The notes under the pieces: generated by a model | The model's input: the letters and a program-made list of their open reading frames with translations, nothing else | Told to the model about the DNA's origin: nothing | Database searches by the model: none | Sequence record: SRR20825010_1457 | Direction: 5' to 3' (one strand) | Length of the DNA: 45,186 nucleotides | Position numbers and translations under genes: made by a program | Shown here: positions 21,307 to 29,597 of the stretch, one piece after another | Layout of the letters: each line of letters begins with the position of its first letter | Numbering within the stretch: position 1 is the first letter of the stretch

Positions 21307-22683
21307 ATGAAGTATAATGTTTTAGCCCTATTGGTAATCTTATGTCTAGGTTGCGGGGAAAGTAAAAAAGAAGTGAAACCCACTATGGACGATAATCCTG
21401 GGCAAGTTAGACTAATGACCTTGGACCCAGGACATTTTCATGCTGCTCTGGTTCAAAAAACGATGTATGAGGGGGTAGATTCCACCATCTATGTTTTTGC
21501 ACCCGAAGGACCGGAAGTAAACGATTTTTTAAACAAAATCAAGTCCTACAATACAAGGACTGAAAACCCCACACATTGGAAGGTAGACAGTTATTTTGGA
21601 AACGATTATTTAGAAAAAATGATTTCCCAAAAACCGGGCAATGTCATGGTTGTGGCAGGGAAAAACTCCAAAAAAATAGACTATATTTTGGCGGCTGTAA
21701 AGGCCGGGTTGAACGTTTATGCGGATAAACCGTTGGTGATCAACCCAGAGGGATTCCAGAAATTGGAGGAGGCCTTCAAAATAGCAAATGAAAAAGGGGT
21801 CATGATCTATGATATTATGACAGAGCGTTTTGAGGTTACTACCGGAATGCAAAGGCAGTTTTCCATGTTGCCGGAGGTCTTTGGGCAAGTATTGGAGGGA
21901 AGCAAGGAAGAACCGGCCATCATAAAGGAAAGTGTGCATCATTTCTTCAAGTATGTTTCAGGACAGCCATTGGTTAGACCAGCGTGGTTCTTTGATGTTA
22001 ATGAAGAGGGTGAGGGTATTGTAGATGTAACCACCCACTTGGTAGATTTAGTGCAATGGGAACTTTTTCCGGACGAAATTATTAACCGTACGGATATTGA
22101 AATGGTGGAGGCAAAGCGTTGGCCAACAATCTTGACATTGGAGGAATTTAAAAGGGTTACCGGCTTGGAGAATTATCCGGATTACCTGCAGAAAGACTTA
22201 GAGGGCGATAAACTTAAGGTGTTCTGCAATGGGGAAATGTTGTATAAAATTAAAGGAAAATATGCCAAGGTTTCTGTGATATGGAATTATGAAGCTCCTG
22301 AAGGCACAGGGGATACCCATTATAGTATTATGAGGGGTACTAAAAGTGACCTTATCATTAAACAGGGAGCGGAAGAAAATTATAAGCCTACCTTATATAT
22401 CAAATCCAAGGGAGGGGAAAATTTTGATAATGTCATAGCTGAGGCAATAGAACAGCATATAAATTCCAAATTTGCAGGAACTAAAGCGGAAAAAGTATCA
22501 GAAGACATGTGGAAGATCAATATTCCAGATGAATTTAAAATTGGTCATGAGGCACATTTTGGCCAAGTGACGCAGAATTATCTGCGTTATCTGGAAAATG
22601 GTAAATTGCCCAACTGGGAGGTACCCAATATGATTACCAAGTATTACACGACCATTGAAGCATATAAAATGGCCAAAGAATAA
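21307..22683 (+). CDS. Divergent Gfo/Idh/MocA-like oxidoreductase lipoprotein
   Basis: Lipobox CLGC; LDPGHFHAALVQK, GLNVYADKP (EKP-like), DIMTERFE, DVTTHLVD, GHEAHF. Confidence 0.75.
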   Translation: MKYNVLALLVILCLGCGESKKEVKPTMDDNPGQVRLMTLDPGHFHAALVQKTMYEGVDSTIYVFAPEGPEVNDFLNKIKSYNTRTENPTHWKVDSYFGNDYLEKMISQKPGNVMVVAGKNSKKIDYILAAVKAGLNVYADKPLVINPEGFQKLEEAFKIANEKGVMIYDIMTERFEVTTGMQRQFSMLPEVFGQVLEGSKEEPAIIKESVHHFFKYVSGQPLVRPAWFFDVNEEGEGIVDVTTHLVDLVQWELFPDEIINRTDIEMVEAKRWPTILTLEEFKRVTGLENYPDYLQKDLEGDKLKVFCNGEMLYKIKGKYAKVSVIWNYEAPEGTGDTHYSIMRGTKSDLIIKQGAEENYKPTLYIKSKGGENFDNVIAEAIEQHINSKFAGTKAEKVSEDMWKINIPDEFKIGHEAHFGQVTQNYLRYLENGKLPNWEVPNMITKYYTTIEAYKMAKE

Positions 22684-22837
22684 GGTTATATATTTTACAT
22701 AGAGACTTAGGGGGGACTTTTTGAACTATGAAAACCTTTGGTAATTGGCCTAGGGTAAATATTGGATATTATGTTAAATATTGTGCCCTTGTGTTATATT
22801 TGGGTTTTTTTAAAATAGAATTATAAAAACAAAATTG

Positions 22838-23656
22838 ATGAGTAAACTTTTTTCGATTGAAAATAAAATTTATGCCTTATCCGGTGCAACTGGTACTTTA
22901 GGAGGGTCAATTGCCAAGTATCTTGTAGAAAACGGAGCCAAGGTATTGCTCTTGGGCAGGTCCTTGGATAAACTGGAGGAAAAGTGCAAGGAATTGGATG
23001 CAATTGCTCCCAACAGTGCACATTTGTTCGTTTTGGATGTGATGGATGAAAAGCAATTAACCGAGTTGAAGAATACTATAACAACCAAGTTTAAGAGATT
23101 GGACGGACTAGTAAATTTGGCTGGAGGAAACATCCCTGGGGCTACTTTAAAACCGGACCAGACAATTTATGATATTGAGTTGGCCGATACTCAAAAAGTA
23201 GTGGACATAAATTTGTTCGGCACCGTAATTCCAACCATTGTACTAAGTGAAATTATGGCAAAACAAGGCTTTGGATCCATAGTGAATATATCTTCAATGG
23301 CAGCCAAACAGACCATTTCACGAGTGTTGGGCTATTCCATGGCCAAGGCAGGAGTGGATATCTTCACTAAGTGGATGGCCAATGAACTGGCTTCTAAGTT
23401 TAGTGATAAGATAAGGGTGAATGCCATTGCACCAGGTTTTTTCATAGGAAATCAGAATAGAAGGCTATTGACCAATGAAGACGGTTCCTTTACGGACAGG
23501 GGTGAAAAAATTATTACCAATACTCCAATGGGCCGTTTTGGGGATGCCTCAGAACTTAACGGAATGGTACATTATCTGCTAAGTGATGCTTCCTCTTTTG
23601 TGACAGGGACCATTTATGATATCGACGGAGGTTTTAGTTCCTTCTCTGGAGTATAA
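22838..23656 (+). CDS. uxuB: SDR oxidoreductase, probable D-mannonate oxidoreductase (fructuronate reductase)
   Basis: GATGTLG, NLAGGN, NISSM, YSMAK, RVNAIAPGFFIGNQNRRLL, TPMGRFG; directly upstream of uxuA. Symbol inferred from family and context. Confidence 0.8.
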   Translation: MSKLFSIENKIYALSGATGTLGGSIAKYLVENGAKVLLLGRSLDKLEEKCKELDAIAPNSAHLFVLDVMDEKQLTELKNTITTKFKRLDGLVNLAGGNIPGATLKPDQTIYDIELADTQKVVDINLFGTVIPTIVLSEIMAKQGFGSIVNISSMAAKQTISRVLGYSMAKAGVDIFTKWMANELASKFSDKIRVNAIAPGFFIGNQNRRLLTNEDGSFTDRGEKIITNTPMGRFGDASELNGMVHYLLSDASSFVTGTIYDIDGGFSSFSGV

Positions 23657-23706
23657 TTTTTGCAAGTTAAATAACACAACACTATATAATTCGAAGGGAG
23701 ATCAAA

Positions 23707-23776
23707 TTCCCCTCTTAATAGAGTCGGTCCCGCTTTTTAGCGGGAGGGTAGCCTGCATGCCGGCAGGGGGCTGTGT
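23707..23776. repeat. GC-rich palindromic REP-like element(s)
   Basis: TCCCGCT-TTTT-AGCGGGA (23728-23745) and CCTGC-ATGCCG-GCAGG (23752-23767) inside a TTCCCCTCTT...GGGGGCTGTGT frame. Confidence 0.5.
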
Positions 23777-23889
23777 ATTCGCAGATGTAGGGATGGCCAT
23801 GAGTTTTGTGTGTTATGTTAAGTGTATTGCAAATACTGTCCGCAAGTCCTTATTATTTCAAAGTAGTAACATTTTAATAGCGCATATTT

Positions 23890-25092
23890 TTGAAAAATTT
23901 AAAAAAAACCCTGAGGTGGTTCGGTCCCAGTTTTGGAGTGTCTCTAAAGGATATCAGGGAATTGGGAGTGGATGGTGTGGTCACGGCATGCCACCAGGTC
24001 CCCATTGGAGAAATTTGGTCTTCTGAAGTTATAAGGGCGGTCCAAAAGGAAATAGAGTCCAATGGCTTGGAATGGTCCGTAGTGGAAAGTGTTAATATAC
24101 ACAAAGCCATTAAATATGGTCTTCCGGAAAGGGACTTTTATATCCGGAACTATATTGAGACTCTCCGTAATTTGGCAGAAAACAACATTAAGGTGGTCTG
24201 CTATAATTTTATGCAATTGATAGATTGGACCCGTACCAATTTAAATTACGTACTTCCAACAGGGGCTATAAGTTTATTGTACGACCCTGTGGCAATTGCT
24301 GCTTTTGATTTGTATATCCTGCAAAGAGATGGGGCAGATGAGGTCTATAGTAATGAAATAATCCATAAGGCCGAAAATTATTATAATGCCTTGGACCAGC
24401 AGGGACGTGAGCTGCTAAAAAGTGCTATATTGGCTGGGATGCCTGGCTCCAAGGATGCCATTCCCCTTTCCGATTTTAGGGACACACTCGAGGAAGTCAG
24501 TAAGATTGAAAAATCGGTCCTTAGGGAAAATCTGGCATATTTTTTAAAAGCGATTATTCCGGAGGCCGAAAAGCTGGGTATAAAAATGGCCCTGCATCCG
24601 GATGATCCACCATTTCCCGTTTTTGGAATTCCCCGTATAGCCTCTACCTACGAGGATTTGGAATTTATTTTGGATTGCGTTCCTTCATCCAGCAATGGAT
24701 TAACCTTTTGCTCTGGTTCCTTGGGAGCGGTAGACTCCAATGACCTTCTTAAAATTATTCGGGATTTTGGGCCACAAATTCATTTTTTACACCTAAGAAA
24801 TGTATCTAGGGAAGAAGACGGTAGATTCTATGAAGCCGCCCATTTGGATGGATCCATTCCCATGTCCAAGATAATGCTGGAAATTGTTAAGGAGCAATTA
24901 AGAAGACATGATAGTGGATATGGGGAGGTGGCAATACCCATCAGGCCGGATCACGGACATGTTTTGTTGGATGATAAAAAAAGAAAAGACGAATTCTATT
25001 CGGGGTATTCGCTAATAGGGAGGGCTATTGGTATGGCAGAGCTCTATGGCCTGGAAAAGGGCATTAGGGAAATGTTGTTCAAACCAGATTAG
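23890..25092 (+). CDS. uxuA: Mannonate dehydratase
   Basis: RWFGP, WSVVES, VVCYNFM..DWTRT, ALHPDDPP, GLTFCSGSLG, HLRNV, PIRPDHG, GYSLIGR; TTG start. Confidence 0.96.
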   Translation: MKNLKKTLRWFGPSFGVSLKDIRELGVDGVVTACHQVPIGEIWSSEVIRAVQKEIESNGLEWSVVESVNIHKAIKYGLPERDFYIRNYIETLRNLAENNIKVVCYNFMQLIDWTRTNLNYVLPTGAISLLYDPVAIAAFDLYILQRDGADEVYSNEIIHKAENYYNALDQQGRELLKSAILAGMPGSKDAIPLSDFRDTLEEVSKIEKSVLRENLAYFLKAIIPEAEKLGIKMALHPDDPPFPVFGIPRIASTYEDLEFILDCVPSSSNGLTFCSGSLGAVDSNDLLKIIRDFGPQIHFLHLRNVSREEDGRFYEAAHLDGSIPMSKIMLEIVKEQLRRHDSGYGEVAIPIRPDHGHVLLDDKKRKDEFYSGYSLIGRAIGMAELYGLEKGIREMLFKPD

Positions 25093-25222
25093 TAAATATG
25101 TAAAACAGAGGTGTTATTATTGATGAAGATGCAACTAAATTGCTATTATTGTAATGAATTGTTGTTGAATTTTAAAAAAAGAGTATTTTTAAGGTTTGGA
25201 ATTAAAATATAAAAGTCAATTG

Positions 25223-25236
25223 CGTTAACGTTAACG
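25223..25236. promoter_or_regulatory. Perfect 14-bp palindrome, candidate operator for the TRAP genes
   Basis: CGTTAACGTTAACG with central CG, just upstream of dctP. Confidence 0.55.
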
Positions 25237-25249
25237 TCCAATTTAAAAA

Positions 25250-26251
25250 ATGTCTATGCAAGTTTATAAATCCCTAATGAGAAAATTAGTTGTTACAATT
25301 GGTGTTTTGGTATGTTTAGGCTTGTATTCTTGTTCAGATATTACGGATCACAAAACCTTGTTCTTTGCACACTCCCTACCAATAACCCATCCAGTCCATA
25401 AAGGTATACTGGCCATGAAAGAAGCCCTTAATGAAAAATCGGGCGGAAAATTGCAGATTAAGGTTTTTCCTGATGGCCAGTTGGGTACAGAAAGGGAGGT
25501 CTTGGAATTATTGCAGATAGGGAGCGTGGCCATGACCAAGGTAAGTGCTGCCGCCATGTCTAGTTTTGCGCCGGAATATAGGGTTCTGGGAGTACCTTAT
25601 TTGTTTAGGGACAGCGAACATATGTTCAATGTCCTGGAGGGTAAAGTAGGGCAGGAGCTTCTGGAAGGAGGCAGCGAATATTTGCTACGCGGCCTCTGTT
25701 TTTACGATGCCGGGAGTAGAAGCTTCTATACCTTGGACGGATTTATAAAGACACCGGAGGATTTAAGGGGCAAAAAAATCAGGGTAATGAACGACCAAAT
25801 GGCGGTTAATATGGTAAACGACCTAGGTGGTTCTGCTACCCCTATGGCCTATGGTGAGCTTTATACTGCTCTTCAACAGCGAGTAGTGGATGGTGCAGAA
25901 AACAATGTTCCTTCCTTTGTAACCTCCAATCACTACGAGGTGTGCAAATTTTATACCTTGGACGAACATAGTATGGTACCGGATGTAGTGGTGGTAGGCA
26001 CCAAATTTTGGGATACCCTGAGCGATACTGAAAAAGGATGGTTGCAGGATGCGGCAGTTGAAAGCGTGAAAAAACAAAAAGTATATTGGAAGGAAAATGT
26101 AGAGGAGGGTATGAAAGTCCTTAAAGAGGCAAATGTGGAAATCTATTATCCGGATAAGACTCCCTTTGTTGAAAAGACCAAGCCGATTTTGGAGGAATTG
26201 ATCAAGGATCCAAAGATGAAAAAAATAATCGACCAAATTAACAATCAATAA
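25250..26251 (+). CDS. dctP: TRAP transporter substrate-binding protein (DctP family), lipoprotein
   Basis: FPDGQLG.ERE, DAGSRSFY, DLRGKKIRVM, ELYTALQQRVVDGAENN; lipobox LYSC; true start may be ATG 25277. Confidence 0.94.
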   Translation: MSMQVYKSLMRKLVVTIGVLVCLGLYSCSDITDHKTLFFAHSLPITHPVHKGILAMKEALNEKSGGKLQIKVFPDGQLGTEREVLELLQIGSVAMTKVSAAAMSSFAPEYRVLGVPYLFRDSEHMFNVLEGKVGQELLEGGSEYLLRGLCFYDAGSRSFYTLDGFIKTPEDLRGKKIRVMNDQMAVNMVNDLGGSATPMAYGELYTALQQRVVDGAENNVPSFVTSNHYEVCKFYTLDEHSMVPDVVVVGTKFWDTLSDTEKGWLQDAAVESVKKQKVYWKENVEEGMKVLKEANVEIYYPDKTPFVEKTKPILEELIKDPKMKKIIDQINNQ

Positions 26252-26739
26252 TGCAAACGACGTACAGAATATTGAATAAGGCCATTGAAGGGTTGTTGGT
26301 AATAATATTTAGTTTATTGGTGCTGGATGTGGTGTGGCAGGTAGTCTCCCGATATGTGGTGGGACAATCCAGCTCCTTTACCGAGGAATTCGCCAGATTT
26401 GCGTTGATCTGGCTAACCGTTTTGGGTGCCGCTTATATCAACGGACAAAAGGAAGGACATCTGTCCATGGATTTTTTATTATCCAAACTTCCAGTAGACA
26501 AACAAAAAAGGAGACATAGAATAATCCAGGTAGTGATGGCTGTTTTCGCCTTGGTCATTATGGTTATTGGTGGAGGTAATTTAGTTTACACTACTTTGAA
26601 GTTGGGGCAATTGTCCCCTGCTTTATTGGTGCCACTTGGCTATGTGTACGCTATTGTGCCTATTAGTGGGCTAATGATCATTTTCTTTTCCGTTTATCAT
26701 ATAAAAATAACCTTTAACGCCAACAACAATGAGTATTGA
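26251..26739 (+). CDS. dctQ: TRAP transporter small permease
   Basis: QVVSRY, TEEFAR..LIWL..LGAAY, HLSMD; four TM helices; TAATG overlap with dctP. Confidence 0.93.
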   Translation: MQTTYRILNKAIEGLLVIIFSLLVLDVVWQVVSRYVVGQSSSFTEEFARFALIWLTVLGAAYINGQKEGHLSMDFLLSKLPVDKQKRRHRIIQVVMAVFALVIMVIGGGNLVYTTLKLGQLSPALLVPLGYVYAIVPISGLMIIFFSVYHIKITFNANNNEY

Positions 26740-28039
26740 AACCATAAGTATCCTAGTATTGTTTATTAGTTTTATGGGTTTGTTGGCCTACGGAGTACCA
26801 GTGGCTTATGCCATTGGGATTTCAACAACGATAACATTATTGATCAATATAGCATTCATGCCTTCCATCACAACGGTAAGTCAAAGGATGACGACAGGTA
26901 TCGATAATTTTGCCTTATTGGCCATTCCCTTCTTTATTTTGGCAGGGGAAATTATGAATCGGGGAGGTATTGCGAATCGTTTGATAGACTTTGCAAAATC
27001 GCTTATCGGTAGTTTGCCCGGTGGATTGGCATATGTTAATATAATTTCCGCCATGTTGTTTGGGGCCATATCAGGATCGGCCATTGCAGCTGCATCGGCC
27101 ATTGGAAGTACTTTGACGGAAAAGATGGCTAAAGACGGTTATCCAAGGGAATTTAGTGCAGCTGTTAATATTAGTGCATCAACAACAGGACTATTGATCC
27201 CGCCTAGTAACGTTTTAATAATTTTTGCGTTGGCCAGTGGAGGAACCGCATCGGTAGCCGCTCTGTTTATTGCTGGGTATATACCCGGTATTTTGGTAGG
27301 TCTGGCCATTATGATGATGGTGTATTTTTATGCTAGAAAAAAAGGCTTGCCCAAGGAAGAAAGGGTGGGTTTTAAAAAGCTGTTCCGCGATTTTAGGAAT
27401 GCTTTTTTAAGTTTAACCTTATTGGTTATAGTCGTGGGAGGTATTGTAGTCGGTATTTTTACCGCTACGGAAGCAGCGGCTATTGCTGTAGTCTATGCTA
27501 TGTTACTTGGTTTTGTAAATAGGGAACTTAAGTTTGCCGATTTTAGGCCTATCCTTCTTCGAAGCGCCAAAACTACTGCAATAGTGATGTTCTTAATTGC
27601 TACTTCCATGGCCATGTCCTGGTTATTCTCTTTTGAGTCCATTCCGCAGTCATTAACGGGCTTCCTTTTGGAATCGGTTAAAAACCCCTTATTGGTATTG
27701 CTTTTTATAAATATCACCTTACTGGTAGTAGGTACATTTATGGATATGACCCCGGCAGTACTTATTTTTACACCTATATTTTTGCCAGTAGTTATGGCCT
27801 TAGGGATGCACCCGGTGCAATTTGGGATGGTAATCGTTCTCAATTTGTGTATTGGGGTATGTACCCCTCCAGTAGGTACGCTGCTGTTTGTGGGTAGTGG
27901 TGTTGCCAAGGTGCCTGTTACAAAAGTGATAAAACCGTTACTGCCCCTATTGGCTGCAATGACTGCCGTATTGTTGATATTGACTTATGTTCCAGAACTT
28001 TCCTTGTGGCTGCCCAGAGCTTTTGGGTTGATAGATTAA
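26729..28039 (+). CDS. dctM: TRAP transporter large permease
   Basis: LLAIPFFILAGEIM, SGSAIA, LIPPS, FTATEA, PVQFG, TPPVG. Confidence 0.95.
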   Translation: MSIETISILVLFISFMGLLAYGVPVAYAIGISTTITLLINIAFMPSITTVSQRMTTGIDNFALLAIPFFILAGEIMNRGGIANRLIDFAKSLIGSLPGGLAYVNIISAMLFGAISGSAIAAASAIGSTLTEKMAKDGYPREFSAAVNISASTTGLLIPPSNVLIIFALASGGTASVAALFIAGYIPGILVGLAIMMMVYFYARKKGLPKEERVGFKKLFRDFRNAFLSLTLLVIVVGGIVVGIFTATEAAAIAVVYAMLLGFVNRELKFADFRPILLRSAKTTAIVMFLIATSMAMSWLFSFESIPQSLTGFLLESVKNPLLVLLFINITLLVVGTFMDMTPAVLIFTPIFLPVVMALGMHPVQFGMVIVLNLCIGVCTPPVGTLLFVGSGVAKVPVTKVIKPLLPLLAAMTAVLLILTYVPELSLWLPRAFGLID

Positions 28040-28064
28040 TAATTTTACAACTACAAAATTTTGT

Positions 28065-28098
28065 AAGTCCCTATTTCTTAAATGAGATAGGGATTTTT
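28065..28098 (+). terminator. Intrinsic terminator ending the uronate/TRAP transcript
   Basis: AAGTCCCTATTTC-TTAAAT-GAGATAGGGATTTTT stem (G-U pairs) followed by a T run. Confidence 0.75.
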
Positions 28099-28310
28099 GT
28101 TTGGACCTTGTTGGTCCATGGCTTCCATATTTTTATTTATAAAAAAAGCTCATTCTATATAATTAATTTAGTGTTGAGCTAACGATATAATAATCTGAAA
28201 TCAACTGTTTTACTTCATATTAGGTTGATTTTTGTAGGACAATTATAATCCTTCCTTCCCTAGATATATAGCATTTATTTTTTGTGACTAAAATTATCCT
28301 ATTAGTAAAT

Positions 28311-28332
28311 ATTTTGTACTTTAGTGCAAAAT
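28311..28332. promoter_or_regulatory. Inverted repeat upstream of phnA, candidate operator
   Basis: ATTTTGTACT-TT-AGTGCAAAAT (10-bp arms, one mismatch) containing a -7-like TACTTTAG. Confidence 0.4.
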
Positions 28333-28361
28333 TAATGAGAAACTCAAAGACTTTTTAAAAC

Positions 28362-29579
28362 ATGAATATTAACGACAGAAATTACCCTAAGCAAAAGCAG
28401 ACCATTATTGGAATATGTATGGATGGAACCTCTTATCCCTATTATGAAGGGGCCAAGGAGGTAATGCCCAATTTGCAAAGGTTTATTAAGGAAGGTTCCA
28501 TGGGAATGGTAAAAAGTGTTATTCCATCCTTTACCAATCCGAACAATATGGCGATTGTTACAGGGGTTACACCCAAGGTGAACGGAATTTGTGGGAATTT
28601 TTATTGGGATACCGACCTTCAGGAAGAGGTAATGATGAACGACCCTAAGTATCTTAAGGTGCCAACCATTTTATCAGAGTTAAGTAAAAACGGTAGAAAA
28701 GTGGCTGTGGTTACCGCCAAGGATAAGTTGCGAAAAATGCTTGCCCACAATTTGGATGGTATCTGCTTTTCGGCAGAATTTGCCAATCAGGCAACTATGG
28801 AGGAAAACGGTATTGAAAACGTAGAGCAAGGATTAATGGGCAAGGAAAGACCAGGTATCTATGATCCATATATTTCCGTGTATTGTATAGAGGCCGGTGC
28901 CAAATTGTTAAAGCGCGAACATTTTGATGTTATGTATTTAACAACAACCGATTTTGTGCAGCATAAATATGCTCCCGGAAGTCCGGATGCAAACGATTTC
29001 TTATCAAAAATAGACCTTTGGCTGGGGGAACTGGACAAGTTGGGAGCCATTATTGGAGTAACCGCCGATCATGGTATGCAGGCCAAGACCAATGCGGATG
29101 GAAGTCCAAAAGTGCAGTTTATAGAACAACTTTTGGATGCCCAAAATATTAAATCGAGGGTAATATTGCCTATCACGGATCCCTATGTTGTGCATCACGG
29201 GGCCTTGGGAGGTTATGGTACCTTGTATTTGGAAGATAAATCCCAGTTACAGGCGGCCAAGGACTATTTGTTGTCCCTGGACGGAATAGAAAAGGTACTT
29301 ACCAATGCCGAGGCGGTTGAGGAATATGAACTTCCCGGTGATAGAATTGGGGACTTGGTGGTATTGGCAGATTCGGCCACTACCATTGGTAGAACCCCTG
29401 ATTGGCACGAATTGGACAAGGTTAAGGAAGGCTTGCGTTCACATGGGGGAGAACACTGTCAAGTGGTGCCCATGATATTTAACAAGAAATTGAACGCCGA
29501 ATACAGTGAAAAATTGGCGTCCGGGGCTAGTAGGAACTTCGACTTGTTCCATTTTTTGAGCAACGGATTCGCTAACTAA
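28362..29579 (+). CDS. phnA: Phosphonoacetate hydrolase
   Basis: ICMDG, SVIPSFTNPNN (Thr nucleophile), AVVTAKDKLR, YLTTTDFVQHKYAPG, TADHGM, LPITDPYVVHHGALG, LRSHGG. Confidence 0.95.
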   Translation: MNINDRNYPKQKQTIIGICMDGTSYPYYEGAKEVMPNLQRFIKEGSMGMVKSVIPSFTNPNNMAIVTGVTPKVNGICGNFYWDTDLQEEVMMNDPKYLKVPTILSELSKNGRKVAVVTAKDKLRKMLAHNLDGICFSAEFANQATMEENGIENVEQGLMGKERPGIYDPYISVYCIEAGAKLLKREHFDVMYLTTTDFVQHKYAPGSPDANDFLSKIDLWLGELDKLGAIIGVTADHGMQAKTNADGSPKVQFIEQLLDAQNIKSRVILPITDPYVVHHGALGGYGTLYLEDKSQLQAAKDYLLSLDGIEKVLTNAEAVEEYELPGDRIGDLVVLADSATTIGRTPDWHELDKVKEGLRSHGGEHCQVVPMIFNKKLNAEYSEKLASGASRNFDLFHFLSNGFAN

Positions 29580-29597
29580 ACCATTTAAAACAATACT

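Noticed and set aside
23616-24026. 136-aa ORF bridging uxuB and uxuA
   Set aside because: Overlaps both genes out of frame and runs through palindromic repeats; no recognisable motif.
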